This document shows, piece after piece, positions 20,072-29,253 of a stretch of 64,000 nucleotides of DNA (position 1 is its first letter; each line of letters begins with the position of its first letter). A program made the translations under genes and the position numbers. The DNA comes from Alphaproteobacteria bacterium (GTDB lineage Bacteria > Pseudomonadota > Alphaproteobacteria > RF32 > CAG-239), in assembly GCA_017480745.1 (NCBI GenBank), contig JAFUSA010000031.1:13792-77791 (forward strand), written 5' to 3'. Under the pieces are notes generated by a model. That model searched no databases. It saw nothing but the letters and a program-made list of their open reading frames with translations, and was not told where the DNA came from.

Positions 20072-20098
20072 CGGTTATGTCTAAACTATGAGTAACGA

Positions 20099-20746
20099 TC
20101 AATAGAATTTCAAGAGCAATGCATTTTCGTCACCATCACAAACGGCTGCTGCATTAGCGGCGGTCATCGGACCTTTACCTCCACAAGCAATTCCGTTACC
20201 AGCAGAACATGCTGCAATTTTCTCTTGAAAAGTAGATAAGGTTGTATTTTCTACTTTATTTACCACGTTTGCTTCTATCAAGCCTGAACCGGAAGCCGAA
20301 CCCCAATCCTGAGTTGCCAAATCCATGCAAGCTTCTTCCGGAATGTTAGTAAACGCTACCACAAACGCTTTCGCATCACCACATTTCGTACAAAGAGCGT
20401 TATCCTTACTAGCACGAGCCGCCGCAACCAACTCAATAGCGCCACCAAACGGATTACCGTTCTCTATTATATCGGTGGAGCCATTCAGCAACTCATCCGG
20501 AAATAATTTTGCTTTGGCAATTAAAGAACCTGTTGTTGTTGCTCCTAAAGCTTTATAGTTCTTTTGGCTGCCGAACAGAGTGCGCACATTGGTTACAATC
20601 ATAGAAATTTGTTCAATGGTTTTATTTGTGCGGTATTTCATCATTGCTTTGGAATATCCGGCAATACCACCAACAGACAAAACACCGATGATGGCCAAAA
20701 CGCCTAACATCTCAATCATGGAACGACCGTTCTCATTATTTTTCAT
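20099..20746 (-). CDS. Type IV pilin-like protein (pilin 1, no structured leader; candidate major pilin)
   Basis: Short leader peptide, G/RSMIEMLGVLAIIGVLSVGG with Glu+5, Cys-containing C-terminal domain, GAGGAG SD. Confidence 0.88.
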   Translation of the reverse strand: MKNNENGRSMIEMLGVLAIIGVLSVGGIAGYSKAMMKYRTNKTIEQISMIVTNVRTLFGSQKNYKALGATTTGSLIAKAKLFPDELLNGSTDIIENGNPFGGAIELVAAARASKDNALCTKCGDAKAFVVAFTNIPEEACMDLATQDWGSASGSGLIEANVVNKVENTTLSTFQEKIAACSAGNGIACGGKGPMTAANAAAVCDGDENALLLKFY

Positions 20747-20784
20747 AACATTTCTCCTCTAAAAAAAATAACTTATTCTCTTGC

Positions 20785-20813
20785 AGAATATCACGCACAA
20801 ACCGCATTGTCAA
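20785..20813 (-). promoter_or_regulatory. Near-consensus sigma70 promoter of pilin 1
   Basis: TTGACA (20813-20808), 17-nt spacer ending TGA, TATTCT (20790-20785). Confidence 0.7.
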
Positions 20814-20923
20814 TACGCTATTTGTAATAGTTACAAAGTAATACACAATTTTCAACGCATACTATGCACTGTAATTTTGGAGATACTTTATTTGCGGCAA
20901 AAAGTAAAAACTACAAGATTTTG

Positions 20924-21295
20924 TTACTCTTTTATATATGGCTTGCTCAACTCATCAAAGCGTGCCGACGAATCTTTGCCCCACCCCATAATATATTCAT
21001 TGCCAAAACAAATCAGCGGCGTTCCGGCCATTGCGCCGATTCGATAAGTTTTAACCGCTTGGGTAAACAATTTTTGATTGCCGGGCATTTTAACGTTAAG
21101 CCCTTTAATTTGCAGATGCGGATATTTTTCTTTAATATATTCCGCCGCCTCATGACAATGCGGACAGCTTTCTTTGTAGAAAAAATATATCTGCTCCTTG
21201 CTTAAATTTTTGATGTTATCCGCCGAATCGCCACACGCCGAAATCAGCAAGGCCACACACGCGCAAATCGCCACATTCAATAAACGTTTCAACAT
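20924..21295 (-). CDS. Glutaredoxin-like lipoprotein
   Basis: Lipobox ISAC, CPHC redox motif, GTP cis-Pro loop. Confidence 0.8.
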   Translation of the reverse strand: MLKRLLNVAICACVALLISACGDSADNIKNLSKEQIYFFYKESCPHCHEAAEYIKEKYPHLQIKGLNVKMPGNQKLFTQAVKTYRIGAMAGTPLICFGNEYIMGWGKDSSARFDELSKPYIKE

Positions 21296-21301
21296 ATTAT
21301 A

Positions 21302-21901
21302 TTACTCTATACAGCAATCAACTGCCTTACGCACAAAACGTTTCATTTTAGCCAAAGCTCCAACCGGTTCTTCGGCAACAACAGTCGATTCGCTCACTTT
21401 GGTTTCAGCTTCGTTTTGCATAACTTCGGCGGCCTTAACCGTTATTTTTTTCACCTGCTCAATATCCGGCTCAATCCATTTCAGGTCTTTGGTTTCCATC
21501 ATTCCCATATTCAAGCCCCAAAAAAGGCAATACATATCATAAGCGGAATTAAACATTTTGTAGGCTTCTTCATCTTTGCCCAAAGATTGTTGCTTAGTGC
21601 CAACTTCCATCAAACGCATTGATGTTGCCAACAAGTGTTTAGACATGCACCAAACTTCACCCTCATAGCTTGGAATGATTTTTTGCAAAAGATTCTTGCG
21701 GGTTTCGCGCACTTCTTTTATTAAATCATAATAAGATGTTTTACCGGTTTTGGCGCCCGAAAACACTAAGTGCTCTTCAATAGATATAAGATTCATAATG
21801 GCGATGCTCAAATCCTGATCGGAAGATAAATCCTTAGGATTAACTTTTTTAGTGGCATCGATTCGCTCAACAAACGCTTTAACATTTTCCGCTTTTTTCA
21901 T
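21302..21901 (-). CDS. Hypothetical helical protein ending in DCCIE
   Basis: 199-aa ORF with AGGAG SD; probably co-transcribed with the glutaredoxin-like gene. Confidence 0.7.
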   Translation of the reverse strand: MKKAENVKAFVERIDATKKVNPKDLSSDQDLSIAIMNLISIEEHLVFSGAKTGKTSYYDLIKEVRETRKNLLQKIIPSYEGEVWCMSKHLLATSMRLMEVGTKQQSLGKDEEAYKMFNSAYDMYCLFWGLNMGMMETKDLKWIEPDIEQVKKITVKAAEVMQNEAETKVSESTVVAEEPVGALAKMKRFVRKAVDCCIE

Positions 21902-22084
21902 AATACAGCTCCTTGAAAAAAATCTTGGCTTAAAGATAATTGCTCAAAAAGGGCTTGTCAAGCAAAATATTCATTTAGCCGACATTATGTTTATTGCAAA
22001 AATTATTTAATCGCCCAAAAAAGTGAACGCCCGTTTTTTCCTTTTTAGGGGAAAAATACGGGACGTTCGTTAATTACTTGCTGA

Positions 22085-22801
22085 TCACTTCAAACCGGCA
22101 AAGCGGAATGTCGTGGGAGCAGCAGTTAACTCGGTAGTGTTGGTCGTCGTTGCTATTTCGGGATTTTCCTTCTTTTCTACCAAAAATGGAATATTGGTAG
22201 GAACAAAGAAACTTGTCATAGCAAACTCCCCATCGGCAGGGTCTTCTTCGTCTTTTTCCTCATCCTTGTCTGCATCATCATTATCAGACGAAGCAACTTC
22301 GGCAGGAATATTCATCAGAAGAGGCAGAGGCTTGCTTAATGCAACGTCGCGAGCAACAGTGTGATAGCGAGCAATAACCTTGGTCAGGCCATCAATCTTG
22401 ATAATCTCCACATGCTGTCCGGGCAGAATGGTTAGCCACGCGGGATCGCTGTTCTCGTAAACTTCACCGTTGGACAGGAACAGGCGGGCATCTTCGTTGT
22501 TGTCGGCGAGGGATATGGAATCCACGTTGACAATCTCCGATGTTGCCTTTGTTCTTAACACGACGGTTGTAGCCGAGGCGTCGCCGGGGATAGTTGCCAG
22601 TGCATAGGCGGACTTGTTCTTCGTAACTGCCTTGAAAATGACAGGGTTAACTTCTAACGTTGTGGCGCCGGAAGCAACGAAAAACTTGTTACCAACTCTT
22701 TTTGTTTCAGAAATCTCGCTCAGTGACTGGGCATTGATGTTCGAAACCAGTGTGCATAGGAAAGCGCACACAAATACTACCTTGTTCATAAACTTATTCA
22801 T
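22085..22801 (-). CDS. Hypothetical exported protein, probably foreign (start moved to ATG 22801)
   Basis: Signal peptide ending INA-Q, acidic linker, more GC-rich codons than neighbours, no SD. Confidence 0.65.
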   Translation of the reverse strand: MNKFMNKVVFVCAFLCTLVSNINAQSLSEISETKRVGNKFFVASGATTLEVNPVIFKAVTKNKSAYALATIPGDASATTVVLRTKATSEIVNVDSISLADNNEDARLFLSNGEVYENSDPAWLTILPGQHVEIIKIDGLTKVIARYHTVARDVALSKPLPLLMNIPAEVASSDNDDADKDEEKDEEDPADGEFAMTSFFVPTNIPFLVEKKENPEIATTTNTTELTAAPTTFRFAGLK

Positions 22802-22981
22802 GACGTACATATTTAAAGGTGAATAAATAAAACTCATATTAAATGCAATCATGGTAAGTTTGACAGAATCTGTAACTTAAAAATAATCCATAATCGCTAA
22901 TTTGATGTTCGCATCATAGCATATATTTTTCGCTTTTGCAAGCTATTTTTTTGTCAAAATGTAAAAAAATTTTTAATAAAT

Positions 22982-24460
22982 TTATTCTGCCAAACGAAAC
23001 AAATCAAATGGTAAACCATTAACGGTAATATAGGCGATAAGCAGGCAAAAAACGGCAAAAATTTGCAACATATTTAATATGTTTTGATTCTTTGCTAACG
23101 GAAAAATACGCGGCAATATTTTTAACAACCAGTTAAGAGCATAAATTCCCACGGTAATAAGTATAAGCTGAGCAAAAATTCCCGCCTGAATAATCTCCGT
23201 CTTATATGGAACCGCCAACTTGTATAAAAAGGCAAAAAATAACAAATACACTGCGCAAAATACATAAAATCCGTAATGTTTTAGATTATCAAGATAAGCC
23301 TGCTCTTGATTTTGGCGCACCATATTTTCCGCCGTTATTTTTTCCACTTTCATTCCGCGCACTGTTTGCGGCTCTTGCTGTTGTTTTTTATATTCCTCCA
23401 TCTGCGCTTTGAATTTTTCTTTAACCATACACAGACCGCATCCTTTCGGAGTAAAATAGGCATGGTTATGATCTTTTTTGCACTGTTTACGATTTTTTAC
23501 CAAATATTCTAAAAGTGATTGCCATTCCAGCGCACTCGGTCGCTCATTGCCTTTGGTAAATGCACGCTCAAACAAAACCATGGTGTTTTTATCAAAATAA
23601 TCATGAATACTATACGGGTGCGGAGCCTGATAAGTATCTTGCCACATGCCATAAGCGTAATGATAATCGGCGATGCGTTCTTGTATGGAAAGCATATTCA
23701 CGCTTTTGCGCGGAACACCTGAAAATGGGTGGATTCCCTCATTTAAAAGTTTGAATATAATAACAGCCAAAGCAAACTTATCCTGTTCCTCCCCCATTTC
23801 TTGACAAGTTTGTTCCATACCCTCGGGATATATATATTCTTCGCTCACATATTCTGCCGGATAACGCTCGTTATTTTCGCCTTTAATGGAAAAACCGTCG
23901 CAATCAAATAAAGCCACCAACATCGTACCTTTATAAACAGAAACGTTTGACGGCTTCAAATCAACAATATAGTGTCCGCAAGCGTGCAATGCCGCCACCA
24001 CCGAAGCAATATTATATGCCGCATAAATTCGATTCACATAACGTTCGCTTATTCCCAATTTTTGCCGCACGGCTTTTTGCATTAAATGATCCATGGATAT
24101 GGCATCATTAGTATCAATCAAAGGCATTAAATAACCAACGCAAAAGCCTTGTTTATCCTCCAATAAGGCAGTAGGCCACGCAATCTGAATATATTCTTTT
24201 TCAACAACTTTATCACCTGTTTTATCTTTGTGTTTAATAACCGGAATATTAGGCCGATTATGCAACATGGCTTCAAGTTTTTTGCGGTTTATCTCGCTGT
24301 TTTTACGGTCATGATAAATCTTAGCAACGCTCTTAGGATGGCTGTTATCTAAATATATACGACCGGAAGCTCCGCCTTTGTTAAGCAATTCTCCCAAAAC
24401 TATTTCTTCGTGGTGTCCGTCAGGGTATAACGCCAAATATTTATCTTGTATTTCTGCCAT
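22982..24460 (-). CDS. Ser/Thr protein kinase, YegI-like, with C-terminal TM helices
   Basis: GGASGRIY, VAKIY, DLKPSNV, DCDGF motifs; ATG overlaps the PP2C stop codon. Confidence 0.85.
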   Translation of the reverse strand: MAEIQDKYLALYPDGHHEEIVLGELLNKGGASGRIYLDNSHPKSVAKIYHDRKNSEINRKKLEAMLHNRPNIPVIKHKDKTGDKVVEKEYIQIAWPTALLEDKQGFCVGYLMPLIDTNDAISMDHLMQKAVRQKLGISERYVNRIYAAYNIASVVAALHACGHYIVDLKPSNVSVYKGTMLVALFDCDGFSIKGENNERYPAEYVSEEYIYPEGMEQTCQEMGEEQDKFALAVIIFKLLNEGIHPFSGVPRKSVNMLSIQERIADYHYAYGMWQDTYQAPHPYSIHDYFDKNTMVLFERAFTKGNERPSALEWQSLLEYLVKNRKQCKKDHNHAYFTPKGCGLCMVKEKFKAQMEEYKKQQQEPQTVRGMKVEKITAENMVRQNQEQAYLDNLKHYGFYVFCAVYLLFFAFLYKLAVPYKTEIIQAGIFAQLILITVGIYALNWLLKILPRIFPLAKNQNILNMLQIFAVFCLLIAYITVNGLPFDLFRLAE

Positions 24461-25206
24461 CACAATCTCGCCCACAATATAGTTTTATCATCTGAATTAA
24501 GACGTTGCGCTCGCTTGTCGTTAAGGGTGTTATTCAAAGCCTGTAAAGCATAGGTTTTACGTTGTTCAATTTCCAAATACTCCGCTACCGGAATAAAAAA
24601 TTTATACTGAATATCATAAAAATTATCGGCAAAAACAAAACCGGTTACACCATCTGTCATCAACATTACCCTATCGACATTTTCAAAAGGTGTAAAACGT
24701 AAACAATCTTGCCAATCACTCATCGTATAAAAATAAGTTTCACACGAAAAATTGCCGTTTTCCGGCTCAGAAATAACAAAATTTTTATAATCTCGCTGCT
24801 TAAAAGCAATACCGGCTCCATCTCCGATATGGAAGAATATTCCTTTGTTATTATGATAAAACACTCCGACTAATGTGGCGGAAAAATTAACCAATTCCGC
24901 CGCGCTTTTACTCCTATTATTTCGATGTAAAAGCAACTTGTTGCGAGCAATTTTAATTGATTTTATAACACTGTTGCGAATATCTTTTATGTCTGTGCGA
25001 ATAAGAGTATCACAAAGTGTCTCACAAATAACTTTTGCGCCGATTTTGCCGTATGGTGCAGACCCTGCACCATCTGACACAACGGCAACCAACTTGTTTT
25101 TGGCAATTTTGGAACAGCTAAAATCTTGACATGGCAAATTTTTTATGCGGTGCATTGCACCACAAATACTGGTAGCCAAAACTTTAATTTGTTCCTTGCC
25201 TGCCAT
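24460..25206 (-). CDS. PP2C-family phosphatase, YegK-like
   Basis: PCQD, VSDGAGS, HIGDG, MTDGV and DDKT motifs. Confidence 0.9.
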   Translation of the reverse strand: MAGKEQIKVLATSICGAMHRIKNLPCQDFSCSKIAKNKLVAVVSDGAGSAPYGKIGAKVICETLCDTLIRTDIKDIRNSVIKSIKIARNKLLLHRNNRSKSAAELVNFSATLVGVFYHNNKGIFFHIGDGAGIAFKQRDYKNFVISEPENGNFSCETYFYTMSDWQDCLRFTPFENVDRVMLMTDGVTGFVFADNFYDIQYKFFIPVAEYLEIEQRKTYALQALNNTLNDKRAQRLNSDDKTILWARL

Positions 25207-25209
25207 CTG

Positions 25210-25890
25210 TTAATTCTCGTTCCACTCAGTTATGTCATCAAGATAATTGTTTGCATTTGGTGCGGCTTTTGATATGCAGGAAACACTGCGACTAAGCCAT
25301 AGAAAAAATTCGGTAAATTTTAAGCCGGTCAAACGTTTGGGTGGCAATAGAGAAAATTTTGCTAACTTATCAAGGTTGGCGCCTTGTGTGCCAATAGCAT
25401 GAATCACAACTTTTTTATTTTTCTGCGCATAACGGCATATTTCCGCCGCATCTTCCCAACCATAATCGGTTGGTTCTCCGTCGCTGATTAAAAAAATCCA
25501 CGGTCTTTTAGAGGTTATACCACAACTATCATACAAACATTTTTGCTCTTCTATTTTTTGCAAAGCAGTTTCCATAGCTTTTCCAAGCGGAGTAAGACCG
25601 CCGGCTTCCATTGTCGGCGCCGTAAAATTCATAGCATCAACCCAATCGGTTTCAACACTCACCTCATCTTCGCCTGAAGCTTTAATAATCAGAAGCTGCA
25701 CCCGCGAACTGGCGTCTATATCTTCCTTCAATTCTTTCTCCAACGCTTTAAGTCCGCTGTTGAGTTGTTTTATCGGCTCATCGCGCATAGATCCGGAACA
25801 ATCTAAAACTAAAACGCAAGGAGTGCGCTCGTTGGCGTTTTCGGCAAATTCTACATAAGGTATGCGTTCCATATTATTTTTATCAGCCAT
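25210..25890 (-). CDS. vWA-domain protein, TerY/YegL-like
   Basis: MIDAS DCSGSM, GGLTPLG, RPWIFLISDGEPTD, FFLWLSRS. Confidence 0.9.
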   Translation of the reverse strand: MADKNNMERIPYVEFAENANERTPCVLVLDCSGSMRDEPIKQLNSGLKALEKELKEDIDASSRVQLLIIKASGEDEVSVETDWVDAMNFTAPTMEAGGLTPLGKAMETALQKIEEQKCLYDSCGITSKRPWIFLISDGEPTDYGWEDAAEICRYAQKNKKVVIHAIGTQGANLDKLAKFSLLPPKRLTGLKFTEFFLWLSRSVSCISKAAPNANNYLDDITEWNEN

Positions 25891-25899
25891 TTTACCCTC

Positions 25900-26037
25900 T
25901 TAATGCTGCGGATATGTATGTGGAAAATTACTGCCCTCAATCGGCGAAGGTTCGGAATATCTGCCGCAAGCAGAAAGAACCGACGTTAATGCACAAAAGA
26001 CAAACATCGCTAAAATTATTTTACAAAAATTACCCAT
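25900..26037 (-). CDS. 45-aa lipoprotein (LptM/YifL-like)
   Basis: Not in the ORF track; MGNFCKIILAMFVFCALTSVLSAC-GRYSEPSPIEGSNFPHTYPQH with lipobox LSAC. Confidence 0.7.
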   Translation of the reverse strand: MGNFCKIILAMFVFCALTSVLSACGRYSEPSPIEGSNFPHTYPQH

Positions 26038-26130
26038 TTATTAACCTTTTTTTTGAATCTTGATACTATATAACACATTAAATACTAAAAGTTAATATAA
26101 GTTAAGTTTTTTGCAGAAAGTTGTGAATGA

Positions 26131-26688
26131 ATGAAAAATTTTTTCAACATTGTTTTGATTTTTGTTTTGTTTATATTGCAGCTAAGTTCTGCTGCGGCAA
26201 AAATAAATATGTTTCCGCAACCACGCTATATCCCGCCGCTTAATTTTTACGGTGATAGCGGAAAAGCTTATAAATTAACGGATTTTAAAAGCGATTTACT
26301 GATGGCTGTAATTTGGTCAAAAAATTGCGGGCCGTGTTTGGAAGATATGAAATATTTGAACTCTTTTGCAAAAAAAACTGCCAAACAAGGAATTAAAGTT
26401 ATCTTAATTTCACCAGAAAAAGAATGGCAAACGATTGATCAACGACGTAGTTTTTTACGCAAAATCGGTGCGCCTAATTTAGTAAGTTACTTAGATAGAA
26501 AAGGGGCTTTTCGCGACGGTATGGGTATTATGGTAACTCCGACAGTGATTTTGGTTAATAAAGCCGGTGAAGAGGCCGGACAAATAACCGGCGCCGTCAG
26601 ATGGGATGATGAGGAAGTTATTGAATATATGGTAAAACTAAAAGAAGATATGTTACAAGAACTTTATCAGCGCAAATCCGCCAATTAA
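26131..26688 (+). CDS. TlpA-family thiol:disulfide oxidoreductase
   Basis: Signal peptide, WSKNCGPC, TPTVILV, GAVRWD. Confidence 0.85.
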   Translation: MKNFFNIVLIFVLFILQLSSAAAKINMFPQPRYIPPLNFYGDSGKAYKLTDFKSDLLMAVIWSKNCGPCLEDMKYLNSFAKKTAKQGIKVILISPEKEWQTIDQRRSFLRKIGAPNLVSYLDRKGAFRDGMGIMVTPTVILVNKAGEEAGQITGAVRWDDEEVIEYMVKLKEDMLQELYQRKSAN

Positions 26689-27246
26689 AAGCACTAAAAA
26701 CAAAACCGAAAGCCACCCCAAGTTTTTTTCAATAAAAACACGCATTTTCTCGCCGTATGCTTTTAACAGCCAAGCTATTACAAAAAAACGCAAACCGCGA
26801 GCAATAACCGAAGCAACGGTGAATACTATTAAATTAAGATGTACGGCTCCGCTGGCTATGGTAATAATTTTATACGGAAAAGGTGTTATACCCGCACCGA
26901 AAACAATCCACGCGCCATATTCATGATACAGATTTTTAAATTCATTAAACTTTTCCAAATAACCATAAAAATTCAACAGCGGCTCGGCAATCATGTCAAA
27001 AAAGAAAATACCGATGGCATAGCCTAAATATGCACCAATAACGCTGGCAACCGTGCAAACAGAAGCAATTTTCCATGCTTGTTTCGGAGTAGCCAAAATC
27101 ATTGGAATCAGCATAATATCCGGTGGGATAGGAAAAAACGAACTTTCAATAAAAGAGATAACAAACAGCCAAGCCAAAGCATGTTTATTGCCGGAAAGGT
27201 TGATTACATAATCATAAATTTTGCGAACAAACGCGGTAAAAGACAT
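26653..27246 (-). CDS. YqaA/DedA-family membrane protein
   Basis: SFIESSFFPIPPD, TPFPYKI and ARGLRF motifs. Confidence 0.9.
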   Translation of the reverse strand: MSFTAFVRKIYDYVINLSGNKHALAWLFVISFIESSFFPIPPDIMLIPMILATPKQAWKIASVCTVASVIGAYLGYAIGIFFFDMIAEPLLNFYGYLEKFNEFKNLYHEYGAWIVFGAGITPFPYKIITIASGAVHLNLIVFTVASVIARGLRFFVIAWLLKAYGEKMRVFIEKNLGWLSVLFLVLLIGGFALIKFL

Positions 27247-27374
27247 TTTTTCCTCAAAAAATTTCGTATCATGGTGATATTAAAATAAAAAATTTTTAAT
27301 TGCAGTAATATCTTTTTTCTATCCACATAAAATATATACCGCCGACTTTGTTGCGGCGGTATATTAGTAATAGG

Positions 27375-28034
27375 CTATTTTACCAAAATATAAAACAGAA
27401 TTTCATTTCCGGCTCCGGGAGTTCCTTTCGAATTTGCCGCATTCGCACAATATGTTACGGCTTCTTCCATATCTGCCGGAATAGAACTGAACACATGTCC
27501 TGCTGGTCCCTGAATTTCCATTTTCATGGCATTTGATACCGACCAGTCCTTAGTTGCCAATTCTATACATATCTCCGCATCAAAAGGAAGACCATAGCCT
27601 ATATAAAATGATTTATTATCATCTGTTGCACCTAAAACAACAGAGTTTCCAAAAACGTTTGCCACTTTAATAGCTATATTGGCGTGTTGCTGTTGTGTAT
27701 CTACGATCATTTCATCGGGTAATATTTTGGCTTTTCTAATTATCGAACAGCCATCACCAGAACAATATCCAGTTCCACAATAACAAGAAACGCCATCATA
27801 GCTCCTTTGCGGAGCAAAAAATGTTCTCACATTGCCGGCAATTAAGGTTATTTGCTCTATGGTTTTATTGATTCTATACTTTTGCATAGCTTTTGAATAT
27901 CCGGCGATGCCACCGACAGAGAGCACGCCGATTATGGCCAGAACGCCTAACATCTCAATCATAGAGCGTCCGGACTGGCTCCCTTGCTCCTTGCGTGAGA
28001 GAGTATCATTATTTTTTATTTTTAAGTTTCTCAT
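27375..28034 (-). CDS. Type IV pilin-like protein (pilin 2)
   Basis: G/RSMIEMLGVLAIIGVLSVGGIAGYSKAM, KAKILPDEM, ICIELATKDW. Confidence 0.88.
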   Translation of the reverse strand: MRNLKIKNNDTLSRKEQGSQSGRSMIEMLGVLAIIGVLSVGGIAGYSKAMQKYRINKTIEQITLIAGNVRTFFAPQRSYDGVSCYCGTGYCSGDGCSIIRKAKILPDEMIVDTQQQHANIAIKVANVFGNSVVLGATDDNKSFYIGYGLPFDAEICIELATKDWSVSNAMKMEIQGPAGHVFSSIPADMEEAVTYCANAANSKGTPGAGNEILFYILVK

Positions 28035-28068
28035 AGTAAACTTCCTTTCATTGTTGTTGAATTATACT

Positions 28069-28241
28069 AAAATAACCGCCCGATAAGGCGGCTGGAAGCT
28101 CTAAACTATCATCTATCCAATAGCGTTGCGTATTTGCCACAGGTTTATTCCACAACCTTCCAGCCATGCTGGAAATATTTTACGTCACAAAGGACGGATA
28201 GATAAGAGGTTTAGAGACCTCAGACGAATTTTACCTCATCT
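28069..28241 (-). ncRNA. Pilin leader RNA, divergent copy D (candidate riboswitch/attenuator)
   Basis: Same helix order as the three + strand copies; pseudoknots CUCUAA/UUAGAG and UAUCUAUCC/GGAUAGAUG; antiterminator GGCUGGAAG/CUUCCAGCC overlaps terminator AGCCGCC/GGCGGUU-AUUUU. Confidence 0.75.
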
Positions 28242-28247
28242 TGTTTT

Positions 28248-28275
28248 ATCATATCATAAAAAATGCAAAAGTCAA
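28248..28275 (-). promoter_or_regulatory. Promoter of pilin leader D
   Basis: TTGACT (28275-28270), 16-nt spacer ending TGA, TATGAT (28253-28248). Confidence 0.7.
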
Positions 28276-28353
28276 ACTATTTTTACAAAATTCATAAAAA
28301 AATCCGCCGGCGAGATAAAACTCGTCGGCGAATAACTTTTGTTCAAACTTAAA

Positions 28354-29109
28354 TTATTTCACACTATTGATTTCCGCTTGAAAATCTTCTGCATTATAAG
28401 ATTGAACCGGCTTACCGTTAACAAACACAGACGGCACGCCTCTGATATGAATTTTTTGTGAAAGCACGGCAATTTCACCCAAATCATCGGCAATTTCCGT
28501 AGAATCCACATCGGCTTTGTATTTTTCCATATCCAAACCCAAATCTTCGGCAACTTTATCTACGGCTTTTTTATCCATAACTTCTTTGCTGTCCATAACT
28601 TTTTTATAAAAATCAATAAACTTATTCTGTTTATGCGCAGCAAAACCAGCCTTTGCCTGATATGGTGAAAGCGGTGTTAAAAAAGTAAGCGGTTTGAACA
28701 CAAACTTAACATCCGGATTATCAGCCATAATCTTTTCCATGGTAGGAGCCAACTTTTTGCAATATATGCAAGAAAAGTCAAAGAATTCCACTACCGTAAC
28801 CTTGGCATCTGCCGGACCAAATGTCGGTGCATTTTCCGTGCCATTAATTTCATCGGCATATTTGGCAACGGCTTCCTGTTGTTCTCTTTCTGCTTCTTCT
28901 TGCAATTGGAGTTGATAAGCCTCTAACGCATCAACAATCATTTTCGGATTTTTTTTAAGCATAGTGGCCAATTCTTCTTCCGACACTTGTCCACCCGACA
29001 ACTGAACAATCGAATTTCCCTTTACACCGCTGATTTTGCAACCGTTAAGCAAAGAAAACGATGCCAAAATAACAGCGATAACGGAAAGAATTATTGAAAA
29101 ATTTTTCAT
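28354..29109 (-). CDS. DsbA/Com1-family disulfide oxidoreductase
   Basis: VVEFFDFSCIYCK and IRGVPSVFVNG motifs. Confidence 0.88.
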   Translation of the reverse strand: MKNFSIILSVIAVILASFSLLNGCKISGVKGNSIVQLSGGQVSEEELATMLKKNPKMIVDALEAYQLQLQEEAEREQQEAVAKYADEINGTENAPTFGPADAKVTVVEFFDFSCIYCKKLAPTMEKIMADNPDVKFVFKPLTFLTPLSPYQAKAGFAAHKQNKFIDFYKKVMDSKEVMDKKAVDKVAEDLGLDMEKYKADVDSTEIADDLGEIAVLSQKIHIRGVPSVFVNGKPVQSYNAEDFQAEINSVK

Positions 29110-29253
29110 TTTGTTTTCCTCTGTTGATTAATCTAAACATATATAAAATAGTAACTTTTATCAAATTAAGCAAGTTTAAAAACATTTTAATAAAATATTT
29201 GTGGACTTTTATTTTTTTTGCGGTTAAAGTGGGCGGATAAGAAAGGACTTAAA

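Noticed and set aside
19867-20100. tRNA-Ser as the integration site of a pilin island
   Set aside because: No integrase, and I found no duplicated tRNA 3' end in the window.
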